This document shows, one piece after another, positions 18,936-29,431 of a stretch of 64,000 nucleotides of DNA. The stretch is taken from the NCBI GenBank assembly GCA_965214705.1, contig CBDCCI010000002.1, positions 2,080,001-2,144,000 on the forward strand, written 5' to 3'. Origin of the DNA: Alphaproteobacteria bacterium. GTDB taxonomy: Bacteria; Pseudomonadota; Alphaproteobacteria; UBA828. The first letter of the stretch is position 1; every line of letters starts with the position of its first letter. The translations under genes were made by a program, and so were the position numbers. A model generated the notes under the pieces. The model was given only the letters and a program-made list of their open reading frames with translations, did no database searches and was not told the DNA's origin.

Positions 18936-20594
18936 TTCACACCGGAACTGGCCGAGAAGGCGACAGCGTTGCTGGAAGCGGGCCTGAGCGGCTCTGCGGT
19001 GGCCCGGGTTCTGGGCGTGTCCGTCGGTCAACAAGTGGCGCCGGCAGGGGCTGATCGGCAAGCCGGCGCAGGAGCCTGGGGGTTCAGCGCCGGGTCCGAC
19101 GCCCGATGCGCTTGAGCCGCGCGAACGGTGCCTCGACGATGACGCTGCCCCCGGGTCCGAGACGGCACGACCGGAAGCGCAGCGCTCGACGGAACCGGCG
19201 CAGAGCCACTCACCAGGCCCCATCGACGCCGGGCCGCAGACCGATCGCACCGCACGCGACCGGCGCGACCGGCAGGCGCCGATGGGGCGCGCGACCTGCG
19301 ATGTTTCGGGCCGGGTGCTGGCCAGCTGCGGGCAGGCGGGGCCGGTCGATCCGCAGTTCGGCAGCGCCGCCCGCGGGGTGCGCTCAGGTGGCGTTCTCAC
19401 CGCCCTGCCGGCTCTGCTCAAGGAAGGCCTGCCGGCCGCGACCGAGGTCCTGCCACCGCTGCCGAAGGGCTATTACGGCCTGAACACGATCCTGCTCTTC
19501 CTGGCCTTCATGACCCTGGCGCGGGTGCGCAATCCCGAGAGCCTGCGCTACCAGCCGCCGGGCGAATGGGGCGCCATTCTCGGCCTCGACCGCTGCCCCG
19601 AGGTCAAGACGCTGCGGCGCAAGATCGCGCTGATCGCCAACGACGAGGCCGGCGTGCGGGCCTGGCAGCTCGCCCTTGCCAGGCGCTGGCAGGCCGACGA
19701 GCCGGAGCTCTGGGCGACGCTGGCCGTCGACGGGCACGTCAAGGTCTACGCCGGCCGCAAGGGACGCCTGCCGAAACACTTCGTCTCGCGCCAGAAGCTG
19801 TGCCTGCCGGCCAGCGCCAGCTACTGGATCAATGCCCTGGGCGGCAAGCCCCTGCTCTGTCTGCACAAGACGCTGGATCCGAAGATGGTGGCCGCCATCG
19901 AAGCCGACGTGGTGCCGGCGCTGCAGGAGCTCGGGATCGTCGACGCTCAGGCGCCGGATCTGACCGCAGAGGCGCCCGGCCACCCCGCGCTCACCCTGGT
20001 CTTCGACCGCGAGGGCTGGAGCCCGGAGCTGTTCCGCCGGCTGGCGAGGCGCGGCATCGCCTGCCTGACCTGGCACAAGAACTTCAGCGGCGAGGATTGG
20101 CCGGTCGAGGACTTCAGCGCGACGACCGTTCCCATTCACGGACCGGCGACGAGCGGCACCGCCACCTTGCGGCTGGCCGAAAAGCCGGTGACGTTGCCGA
20201 ACGGCTTCAGGGTGCGCCAGATCCGCCGCCTGCTGGACAACGGCCGCCAGATCCCCTTCATCGTCACCGATCCGCACAAACCGATGGGCGAGGCCGCAGG
20301 CGCCATGGTCTCGCGCTGGTCGCAGGAAAACTTCTTCAAGTACATGCGCGACGAGTTCAACCTCGACGCCCTGCCGACCCACCAACTCGAGCCGCTCGCT
20401 CCCGACACCATGGTGTTGGCGATCACGCAAAAGCGCGCGTATTCGCTCATTTTGACAGCCTGATGTGGTGGAGCGTTGATCGGCGTGGCGCCGATCTGCA
20501 GTGCTGAGCGCGGTCCGGCTTGTGGTGTTGGTCGTCGTGATCGCGGTGGTGCGAGAGCGGCCCTGCAGGTTTGGCTGAGGGACCCTGTTGTTTT

Positions 20595-21515
20595 TCAGTC
20601 GATGAGCCGATCGTCGGTCTCGAGCATATTGCCTTCGAGGTCACGCCTGCGCATGTCGTTCCAGTCGTCACCGTCGAGGGCGGGCCGCACGCGGACGACC
20701 CTGCTGTCGCTTCGGAACAGCCGCTCGGCGGCGTCATCGCCGCCAGGGGTAGCGTCGTAGGCACAGAAGATGCGGCGGGGGTTCCAGTCCTCGATCCACG
20801 CGGGGAGGCTTGGAGTGACGGCGGCGATGGAGACCACGGCACATTCCCTGAGTTCGGCGGGCATGAGCTGGAGGGAGAGGGCGGACAGGGCGTCGATGGC
20901 GCTCTTTGCGATGAGCACGGAGTGCGGCCAGTCGAGCTCCCACGATATCCAGAAGCCCCCGCGGGCGAGCGGGGATGGGGCAGCTTCGCCGGCGCCGGCA
21001 GCCGCTCCGCACCGGCCGCCGGTGGGGACGATCTCGGCGCCGGTCGCGACCCCTGCGGCGTCTCGACAGACGAACACGGCATTGGCGTTGCGGTCGGCGT
21101 GGACCAGGCGGAGGTCGCGGCACAGGGTGAGGAGCACGGGCGAGAGACCGCGCTCGTCGACGAGGTGGCGTTCCACTGCGGGCCAGTGCCGCTCCTGCGG
21201 ATGCGGCAGCCGTGGGCAGGGGCACTGCGGGGGGCGCCGGGAAAGGCCCGGCAGTTTCGCGAGGAAGGCCAGGGCGTCGGGCACGGTGCAGCGTTGGGCA
21301 TGGACCACCAGGTCGACGGCCCCGGCGCCGCCCTCGCCGCGCAGATGGTCGTAGAACATGAAGCGGTTGATGGTGACGACCGATCCAAGACGCCTCCAGC
21401 GATCGGCGTCGTCGGGATCGCGGCGGTAGCCGAGGGCGCGGGCGACGTCTTCGAGGGGACAGCCGCGCAGCCCCTCTGCCCGCAGCCGCCGCTCCCATGG
21501 GCGTAGCTGGCGCAC
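20595..21515 (-). CDS. DUF3991/Toprim primase-like protein (IS21 passenger)
   Basis: [10 protein letters not shown]...FYDH...GGAGAVDLV primase-like N-domain; HLVDERGLS; KSAIDALS; CAYDAT..GDDAA; DDWND. Confidence 0.7.
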   Translation of the reverse strand: MRQLRPWERRLRAEGLRGCPLEDVARALGYRRDPDDADRWRRLGSVVTINRFMFYDHLRGEGGAGAVDLVVHAQRCTVPDALAFLAKLPGLSRRPPQCPCPRLPHPQERHWPAVERHLVDERGLSPVLLTLCRDLRLVHADRNANAVFVCRDAAGVATGAEIVPTGGRCGAAAGAGEAAPSPLARGGFWISWELDWPHSVLIAKSAIDALSALSLQLMPAELRECAVVSIAAVTPSLPAWIEDWNPRRIFCAYDATPGGDDAAERLFRSDSRVVRVRPALDGDDWNDMRRRDLEGNMLETDDRLID

Positions 21516-21527
21516 GGCTGCGCCGCC

Positions 21528-22322
21528 TCAGTCGTCCCCGGTGTCCTGCGGGTCGCCGGATCGCCGGCGCCCTTTCTCCTGGCGCCGGCGGCGGCGCTCT
21601 GTGCTGCGCTGCTTCTGGCGCTCCTCGGCCTCCTTGCGGCGGTATGAATCGCCGTCGATGGCGATGATCTCGGCGTTGTGGACGAGGCGGTCGACCAGGG
21701 CCACGACGCAGGCGGCGTTGGGGAAGGCCTCGCCCCACTCGGCGAACGGCCGGTTGGTCGTGATAATCGTGGAGTTCTGCTGGGTGCGGCTTGAGACGAT
21801 GCTGAACAGCAGGTCGGCGTGGCGGTTGCTGTAGGAGAGGTATCCCACCTCGTCGATCACCAGCAGTTGCTGGCGGGCGTAGAAGCGCAGCTTTCGCTGG
21901 AGCAGGGTGTCGGAGTCGATGGCGGCGAGCTCGCCGAGCATGCTGGCAGCGGTGGCGAAGCGCACGGTATGGCCCTCGAGGACGGCGCGGTGGGCGATAT
22001 TGGCGGCGATCGTCGATTTGCCGACGCCGTTGGGGCCGACCAGGACGACGTTGGCGGCCTCCTTGAGGAAGTCGAGGCCCATGAGGTCCTCGACGGCCAT
22101 GCGGTCGCAGCGGCGGGGCCAGTCCCAGTTGAAGTCGGCGAGCGGCTTGAAGTCACCGAGCCGGGCATCGGCGAGGCGGCGCTTGAGGCTTCGGGCGCGT
22201 CTCTCGTCTTCTTCCCAGGCGATGAGCGTGGTCAGCCAGTCGCACTCGCCGACCTCGTCCCAGTGTGCGATGAGGCCGTGCAGGCCGAGGGCACGGGCCC
22301 GGTCCTTGAGGGTGTCGGTCAT
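21528..22322 (-). CDS. istB: IS21 helper ATPase IstB
   Basis: GPNGVGKS Walker [10 protein letters not shown] Walker [15 protein letters not shown]. Confidence 0.95.
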   Translation of the reverse strand: MTDTLKDRARALGLHGLIAHWDEVGECDWLTTLIAWEEDERRARSLKRRLADARLGDFKPLADFNWDWPRRCDRMAVEDLMGLDFLKEAANVVLVGPNGVGKSTIAANIAHRAVLEGHTVRFATAASMLGELAAIDSDTLLQRKLRFYARQQLLVIDEVGYLSYSNRHADLLFSIVSSRTQQNSTIITTNRPFAEWGEAFPNAACVVALVDRLVHNAEIIAIDGDSYRRKEAEERQKQRSTERRRRRQEKGRRRSGDPQDTGDD

Positions 22323-23824
22323 TCTTCGCTGTCCTCCTCCTCGCCCTCGCCCGCCAGCCCGTCGTAATCCGTCAGGTCGTGGTCGCGGACGGCGATGTCG
22401 CGGACCTTCGGATCGTCGGGCAGATCGACCGGGATGGGCGGCGGCTTGTCCTGCTGTTCGCGGCGCCTCGTCAGGCTCAGGCGCACGGCGTTGGGATGGG
22501 GGACGCCGCGCTTGAGCGCCTCGTCGATGCCGGCCTCGAGCTCGGCGGCGCCATACTCGTCGAGGAGGCGCAAGAGGGCGGCGACGATGGAGCCGAGATG
22601 GCCGCCGCGTTTGGCGGCCTCGTCGAGCAGGCGCTCGCTGTTCGGCGCAGCCTTGATCAGACGATCCTGCCCGCGAAGGCGCCGGGCGTGACGCTTTTTC
22701 TTGGCCAACTCGGCGATGTGCTCGGGGATCTCGATGCAGGCGCCCTTGTCGAAGCTGCGCGGATGGGTGGCAATGACGTCCGTGCCGTCGAGGATGCGGA
22801 CCTCGTCCAGCGTCGCGATCACGACAAGGGTGTGCCGCGCATGGGTGTGGGGGACGCTGTAGTCGTTGAGATCGAACCGGGCGTAAGGCGTCTTGCCGAT
22901 GACGACCTCGACCCGTTCGTCGACGGGGAAGCGGTCGCCGGGCAAGGCCATGAGAGAGCTGCGTTCCTTCTCGAAGGCCTCGCGCACGGTGATGGAGCGA
23001 TCCTCGGGCCAGGGGCGGTCGGCGGCGATGCCCTCGCACCAGGCCTCGGCCTGGGCGTTGAGGTCGTCGATGTCGCGCCACTCCCGGGCGGCGAAGAAGC
23101 TGGCGCGTACATAGCGTATGGCCCGCTCGACGCGCCCTTTTTCGTTGCCGCGCGCGATCGCGACAGGCCGTGCCAGCACGCGGTAGTGGGCGGCGAAGTC
23201 GAGGTACCGGGGATTGAAGTGGACAGCGCTCCCGCGGCGCTCGAGCACGACGCTCTTCAGGTTGTCGCACCAGATCTCGCGCGGCACCCCCTGCCAGGCC
23301 TCGAAGGCGTCGATATGGCCGCGCAGGAAGTTGTTCATCCCTGCGCCCAGGTAGAAGCGCAGGAAGATGCGGCGCGAGTAGCTGAGCACCATCACGAAGC
23401 CCATCAACGGGCGCTCCGCGCGCCCGATCCTGACCTTGCCGAAGTGGGCCCAATCGACCTGGGCCTGCTCGCCGGGAAGGGTCTTCAGCCGCAGATAGGC
23501 CTCGGCTTCAGGCTTCGGCCGCAGGGAGGCGATCACACGACGGAAGTGGCTCTGGCTCCCCCGGTAGCCGCGCCCGCACACCATCTCGTAGAGCCGGCTG
23601 GCCGGCAGCGTCGGGTATTTCTTCAGTGTCTGGCGGATGAAGGGGATGAAGGGATCGAGCTTCGAGGGCCGCGGCTTGTGCTGCCGAGGCTCCTCGGCGT
23701 CCCTGATCGCGCGCCGCACGGTGCCGTGATGGACGCCGAGCTGACGCGCGATCGTGCCGATCTTCCACTTCTCGGCGTGATACAGCCGCAGGATCTCCGC
23801 TCTCGTCTCCTTGTCTGTGGTCAT
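22319..23824 (-). CDS. istA: IS21 transposase IstA
   Basis: N-terminal HTH, PGEQAQVDW, DNLKS, KGRVER. Confidence 0.95.
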   Translation of the reverse strand: MTTDKETRAEILRLYHAEKWKIGTIARQLGVHHGTVRRAIRDAEEPRQHKPRPSKLDPFIPFIRQTLKKYPTLPASRLYEMVCGRGYRGSQSHFRRVIASLRPKPEAEAYLRLKTLPGEQAQVDWAHFGKVRIGRAERPLMGFVMVLSYSRRIFLRFYLGAGMNNFLRGHIDAFEAWQGVPREIWCDNLKSVVLERRGSAVHFNPRYLDFAAHYRVLARPVAIARGNEKGRVERAIRYVRASFFAAREWRDIDDLNAQAEAWCEGIAADRPWPEDRSITVREAFEKERSSLMALPGDRFPVDERVEVVIGKTPYARFDLNDYSVPHTHARHTLVVIATLDEVRILDGTDVIATHPRSFDKGACIEIPEHIAELAKKKRHARRLRGQDRLIKAAPNSERLLDEAAKRGGHLGSIVAALLRLLDEYGAAELEAGIDEALKRGVPHPNAVRLSLTRRREQQDKPPPIPVDLPDDPKVRDIAVRDHDLTDYDGLAGEGEEEDSEE

Positions 23825-23825
23825 C

Positions 23826-24272
23826 TCACCCCTCTCGTGCCGGGTGGCGCACCGTGCGCAGGCCCGGATGAACGAACACCGCGCAGAAGCGGCCGCAGAT
23901 GCTGCAGCGGAAGCCCCCGGCGGGCTCCTCGTCCCCGAAGGGGCGTGTTCCGCGGCGCGTCCCTGGCGTCCGTGGCACGACAACACGGCGGTGCGCGCGC
24001 GTCGAAGGGTGATGCGTCACTTTCCGCCCGCAGCCCTCATCCTGAAGCGCCCTGCAGCGCTGCCGGTCCCGATAGCGTCTCTGGCGCTCCGCGTGCTTGC
24101 GGCGCCCCGGGCGCCCGTCCTGGTAGCGCCGCCCGGCGAGACGCTGCGACTCTCGGCGCGCGCTCTCGCTGCACTCCCTGGAGCAGTAGTGATTGCCGCG
24201 GTCGCAGCGGGGGCAGAGAACAACCTGCCGATGACACTGCGGGCAGTTGAAGATGCGGCCGAAGTTCCTCAT
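23826..24272 (-). CDS. Cys-rich zinc-finger protein upstream of istA
   Basis: CPQC...CPRCDRGNHYCSREC and C-terminal CSIC; inside the IS21 ends. Confidence 0.65.
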   Translation of the reverse strand: MRNFGRIFNCPQCHRQVVLCPRCDRGNHYCSRECSESARRESQRLAGRRYQDGRPGRRKHAERQRRYRDRQRCRALQDEGCGRKVTHHPSTRAHRRVVVPRTPGTRRGTRPFGDEEPAGGFRCSICGRFCAVFVHPGLRTVRHPAREG

Positions 24273-25300
24273 CGCGGCGGTCGATGAGAACGGGCTCGAC
24301 CCCCGCAGAATCCAGCACAATACTGTGCATCTGGGCCGTGTCTGGCATGGCTCGGGGGTGCGGCGTCGGCTGTTGCGATCAGGCAAACGGGGCCGGCGCC
24401 GCATCGTTCTCAGCGGCCCGAGTCTACCCCCGGCGATCTCGATGTCAGGTGCGCAACGCTGCCGACGGCAAGCCCGCCGGACCTCAAAATCGGCAGGTCG
24501 CCTGGCCCAGCTTCCACACGACCGGCCGAAGGCCTGTGGACAAGTGGACAGCCGCTCCGCGCCTGACCACTTCCCCACAGGCCCAACAGCAACAAGCGCT
24601 CAAATCAGTGCGGACAAAAAACCCGTCAACTACATCGCCACCAAAATCACGCGCCCTAAATGAGCGAATACGCGCGGGTCTAGACGGTCACCAACACCAT
24701 GGTCGTCAACCCGCTCCGGCGGGCCTACGACAAGGCAATCCGCAGCGCCGAACGCCGGCTCGCCCGCCTGCGCAACCGGATCGCCGGCGCGGCCAGGAAA
24801 AAGAGGCCGACGGCGCAGCTCAGGAGCGAGGTCAGGGACCTCGAGGGCGCCCTCGAGATCGCCAAGGCCAGCCGCAGGAACGTGCCGAAGCACTGTCGAG
24901 CCGGCGACCTCGACGAAGACCGACAGCTCGATGCCCTGCCCTCACGCGACCGTCTCCTCCTCGACGTCATCCGCATGATCGCCTACCGCGCCGAAACCCG
25001 CATGATGCTCCCCGTCATGCAGGGACAAGGCAAGAAGCCTCATCCCCGGAAACTGCTTCAGGCTCTCATGGCCGCCGATGCCGACGTCCTGCCGGACCCC
25101 GCCAACGGCGTTCTCCGGGTCCATATTCTCGGCCTCGCAAATGACGCCTGCGACCGCCAGATCGATGCCCTCCTGAACGAGCTCAACGCCACCGAAACCG
25201 TCTTCCCCGGGACCGAACTGCGCATGGTCTACGAGGTCGCCGCAGCTCCGGAATCCACGTAAACCGCGTCACCCCAAATCAGCAGAGGTCAGGAAGTCTG

Positions 25301-27209
25301 GTGCGCCAGGCAAACTGGTGGAATGTCGCCGGGTGGAAGTCCCGGCAGAAAGAGAGGTGAACCGACCACTTTCTCCGCGACCCATGCGCCGGTCGTCGCG
25401 AGGCGGCAGGCGAAGCGTTGGGAAGCGGCAGGCACGGGCCGGGCTATTGAGCCACGAAACCTGATTCAACCGGGGTGCCGAGGCTGTCAGATTAGCCGAA
25501 GGCAACACCCTGTGAGCCGTTTTGGTGAGGCGAGCAGGGGCTCTGCGGGGTCTAAGAACCATGGCACGTGCCGAAGCAGTCCACCGGGACCTGGGAGGTC
25601 TTCGAACTGCCCCGCGGTCGTGCGGGGCCGCTAAGGAAAGGAGCTATACCGCAACCCAATGATGTACGGTTCGAAGAAATCAGATTCGCCCATAGTAGCA
25701 ATGAAGCCGGCGAACAACGGCCCCTCGGGGCCGGCGGAGCCGGGGGAGCGAAGGGGCGGACCCAAGGGCAATCCGAAAGGCCAAAGCTCGCGCCGCGCGC
25801 AGAAGCGGGGAAGCGAGTCACAGGCGGCCGACCGGATACGACAGGCTGCAAAGAGGAACCCGGATGAGTGTCTCGTGGCGCTCCTCCACCATGTGACGGT
25901 TGACTGCCTGCGCGACGCGTACCATTCGCTGAGAAAGGACGCGGCAGCGGGGGTGGACGGCGTCACGTGGGAGGCATACGCCGACGGGCTGGAAGATCGC
26001 TTGGTCGACCTGCACGGGCGTGTGCACAGGGGGGCGTATCGGGCGCCGCCGTCGCGGCGGGTCTACATACCCAAAGAGGACGGGGGACAACGACCGCTCG
26101 GCATCGCCTCGCTGGAGGACAAGATACTCCAGCGGGCGGTGACGGATACGATTCTGGTGCCGATCTACGAGACGGAGTTCCTCGGCTTCAGCTACGGCTT
26201 CCGGCCGGGGCGGGGGACGCATAACGCGCTCGACGCCGTGGCGGTTGGAATGGAACGGCGGAAGGTCAACTGGGTCGTTGACGCCGACATCCGCGGGTTC
26301 TTCGACAATCTCGGGCGGGACCACCTGGTCGGGATGCTCGAAAGGCGCATCGGAGACACGCGGGTCATGCGGCTGATCGTCAAGTGGCTGAACGCCGGCG
26401 TCATGGAAGGGACCGACTGGACGGACACCGGCAGGGGCGTTCCGCAGGGTGGGATAATCTCACCCTGCCTCGCCAACGTTTACCTTACGTGCTCGACGAC
26501 TGGTTCCACAACACATGGCGCAAACGGACGGCAGGAGGCGACACAATCATCGTGCGATACGCCGATGATTTTGTGTGCGGCTTCCAGCACGAGGGCGACG
26601 CGAAGCGTTTCCTCCGGGACCTCGGCGAGAGGCTGGCCCAGTACGGACTGGAACTGCATCCGGGCAAGACCCGGCTCATCGAATTCGGCCGCTACGCGAA
26701 AGCGAACCGCCGGACACGGGGGCAGGGCAAGCCGGAGACGTTCGACTTCCTTGGCATGACGCACTTCTGCGACCAGTCGAGGAAGGGACGGTTCAGGGTC
26801 GGCCGCAGGCCATCCCGGAAACGGGTCAACCGCACTCTGCGGGGGATCGCGGAAAGGCTGCGCAAGCGCTGGCACGACAACCGGCACGAGACAGCGAAGT
26901 GGCTGGGAAGGGTCATCGACGGCTGGCTCAACTACTACGGCGTACCCGGGAGCGGCCGCTATCTGGTGCGGTTCGTGCACCAATGCAAACGGCTGCTCAT
27001 GCGTGCCCTGCGGCGAAGGTCCCAACGGGACCGCACCGCGTGGGAGGATATCAATCCCCTCACTGCTGCCCACTGGCCCAAGGCCAGCATCCGTCATCCG
27101 TGGCCGAACCAGCGGCTTGTCGTCAGGACCTGAGGGAGGAGCCGGATGCGAACAGCGCCCGTCCGGATCTGTGCGGGGGGACCGGGGCAACCCGGTTCCC
27201 TACCGCGAT
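25301..27209 (+). mobile_element. Group II intron A, copy 2 (1909 nt)
   Basis: GTGCG start; ...TACCGCGAT end; EBS2 CCTGAT (25460-25465) and EBS1 CAGATT (25488-25493). Confidence 0.93.
25659..27133 (+). pseudogene. ltrA: Intron A RT/maturase with a 4-bp frameshifting deletion
   Basis: Copy 1 GTTTACCTGCATTACGTG versus copy 2 GTTTACCTTACGTG at ~26485; the 4-nt length difference between copies agrees. Confidence 0.9.
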
Positions 27210-27797
27210 AAGTTCAGCATCGCGCCCGGCGTTCGCGACCACCCTTGGGGATGATGGCTCTCCATCATCTCCCGCCACAAGCACTTGTCTGCAGAATCGC
27301 CGACCGGCTGCAGCGTCATCTCCTGTGGCGCAAGCAAGTGAAGCACAACCCACCGAAATCACTCAATACATTTCGGGCCAGACAATTAGAAGCCGGCAGC
27401 CCTTCTGAAGTGCATTTTGACGAGGTCCGGGCCCGATTGACCCGCTGTCTTTTCCGTATTAGCAGTAGGAACTCCTTTCCACCACCGTGGAAAGGTGAGA
27501 CGCGGCGAAACGTACAAGGGAATACACTATGCAAAGACCGGCCGCACGTCATGTTGCAACTTTCGCGGCGAACCTCGCAAAATTTGCCAGAGCGGTCGTC
27601 ATCGTCTCGCTAGCCGTCAGCACTTTCCCGAGCTTGCCGAATGCGGAAGGGGTGCCAATAGGGATGTACCCTTGCGAGGGTTCGTGCCCTCCCTAAACAG
27701 GATACAGTGTCGAGGCCTCCCGGACAGAGAGCAACTGAGAAAGCTCCAGTAGGTCCGCAAAGCTGCCGCTGTCGTAAACATCGTCAAGATCTCCATA

Positions 27798-29299
27798 GAG
27801 CCACTTGCAAAACTCCCAGGCGCGGTCTGCTTTTCCCGAGAGCCCGTCGTGAAGACATTGACGGCCGGAACGTAACATGAACATCGGGACGAGCGGACGT
27901 CGCTGGCTGCCGCCGGGTCGCCGATTCGCCGCAAACCGATGCCCATGCGGGCGCATTTTGGACCCGCCGTCGCGATGCGGACGTGGCTTTTTGCGCCTCC
28001 GCCGAGGGAGGCGTGCCGGCGTGACAGGGACGGAGGCGCCGCTCAGGCCAGGAGGCGCATCAGCTGGTCGACCGTCAGCACCAGGATGCCGAACATCAGG
28101 TGGCAATGAACCTTGGCATGGCCGCGCACGCGGACATGGCGGCCCCCGCAGTTGTCCTTCAGCCCACCGTTGATGCGCTCGATGTTCGAGCGCTCGTTGT
28201 AGCGCTCGTCCGCCGGGTGGCGGTGACCGACGCCTCTCTGCGCCCTGGCCTCGCGCGCCAGCTCCTCCTTGTACTCCTTATCGCGAGGGTTGATGTCGAT
28301 GATCGGGACGTGGCCCAGCAGGTAGCTGTGCCAGCCGATCTCGGGCGCGTCATAGGCTGAGTCCATGAGGTCGTACAGATTGGTGACGCGGTCGGCGGTC
28401 ATACTCGCCAGCGGGATCGCGGCCTGGCTGTCGTGCAGCGAGGCGGACGTCAGGATGCAACTGATCGGGATGCCGCCATCGGCGGCGTCGATGTGCAGCT
28501 TGTAACCGATCCACGATGTGGTATGGCCCTTGGCGTTCCGCTTGGTGCCGACGTCGCAGGCTTTCGGCAGGTCGTCGAGCATCTGGGGCAAGCTCATCGT
28601 GAGCTGGCGTTTCACGCGGCGCTCCTCCTTGGGCCGCTCCTCGCCCTTGCGCGGGCGGCCGCGCTTGCGCTTCGGCTTCTCCGCCTTGGGCCTGGGCTGA
28701 GGCTTCTCGCGCGCCTCGATCGCCGTCGAGTCGCGCGAGACGTGCCCGACCAGATGGTCTCCGAGGGTCTGCTTGATCAGCGCCTCATGCACCCGTTCGG
28801 GCAACGCCCCCTCGGAGAACTCCGCGAAGGCCCGCGAGAAGGTCGCCTCGCTCGGGATCTCCCCGCGCCAGGTCCAGCCGCACAGATGCCGCAACGTCTT
28901 GTCGGCCTCAAGGCGCTCGATCAGGGCGCGCGTCGTCGGAACGTCGAACACCGCCTTGGCGATGAAGGCGCGGGCCAAGGCCGCCCGATCCTCGACCGGC
29001 CGACCGGGCAGGCCATGGAAATGGGGAAGGAAGCTCTCGACCCGCGCAAGCTCAAGCACGGTGACGAAGCGCCGGTACCTCTCGCCGAGCGGCCCGAGCT
29101 CCTCCTCAAGCCACGGGAAAAGATCCGCTTGAATGCGATGCCAGAATCCGGATAGTGTCTTTCCCAGCGACATGGGGCCGCCCTCTCCGTCGACGTTGTC
29201 CGAAACCCGACAGGAACAGAGAGCGGTCCCGATTTCCAGGACAATCTGACCGCCACGGCGGCAAAATCCCGCTCAAATGCGGAATTCTGCAAGTGGCTC
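27798..29299 (-). mobile_element. IS5/IS1182-like insertion sequence, 1502 bp
   Basis: IR GAGCCACTTGCA(A/G)AA(C/T)TCC 17/19; 4-bp TSD CATA (27794-27797, 29300-29303). Confidence 0.85.
28043..29173 (-). CDS. DDE transposase (DUF772 + DDE_Tnp_1-like)
   Basis: PSEATFSR, SRDSTAI, GYKLH, LMDSAYD, YNERSNIERIN. Confidence 0.9.
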   Translation of the reverse strand: MSLGKTLSGFWHRIQADLFPWLEEELGPLGERYRRFVTVLELARVESFLPHFHGLPGRPVEDRAALARAFIAKAVFDVPTTRALIERLEADKTLRHLCGWTWRGEIPSEATFSRAFAEFSEGALPERVHEALIKQTLGDHLVGHVSRDSTAIEAREKPQPRPKAEKPKRKRGRPRKGEERPKEERRVKRQLTMSLPQMLDDLPKACDVGTKRNAKGHTTSWIGYKLHIDAADGGIPISCILTSASLHDSQAAIPLASMTADRVTNLYDLMDSAYDAPEIGWHSYLLGHVPIIDINPRDKEYKEELAREARAQRGVGHRHPADERYNERSNIERINGGLKDNCGGRHVRVRGHAKVHCHLMFGILVLTVDQLMRLLA

Positions 29300-29431
29300 C
29301 ATAGTGAAGGAATTCCACGATGACAAACATCGACTGGGTGCAACGAGTCGAGGACGCGTTAAAGCATCTGGGCGAGGAATTCGAAATGAATGAGCTAGCT
29401 TACTTAGCGCTAACTCTTGAGTAACTTCTCT

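Larger units (their letters stand above)
20414..24696 (-). mobile_element. IS21-family element, 4283 bp, with two extra genes
   Basis: TG...CA ends (TGTTGGCGATC / TGTTGGTGACC); subterminal CGCGCGTATTCGCTCATTT at both ends; 6-bp TSD CCATGG (20408-20413, 24697-24702). Confidence 0.9.
18448..25262 (+). pseudogene. Large putative DDE transposase of the ISNCY-like element, fragmented
   Basis: HTH N-terminus, AVDGHVKVY, LVFDREGWS, SRWSQENFFKYM; frameshifts near 18692 and 19027; MITE at 18773; IS21 at 20414; DTM|VVNP rejoins in frame. Confidence 0.8.
18295..25300 (+). mobile_element. ISNCY-like element (~2.54 kb native) carrying a MITE and an IS21, flanked by group II introns
   Basis: Perfect 16-bp IR CAGACTTCCTGACCTC (18295-18310, 25285-25300); 5-bp TSD AAGTT found outside the introns (9521-9525, 27210-27214). 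Confidence 0.85.

Noticed and set aside
9602-27133. RT genes as retron, DGR or CRISPR-associated RT
   Set aside because: All have group II boundaries, domain V/VI and maturase domains; no template/variable repeat pair, msr-msd or cas genes seen.
27215-27793. Possible gene remnant
   Set aside because: No frame gives a recognisable protein.
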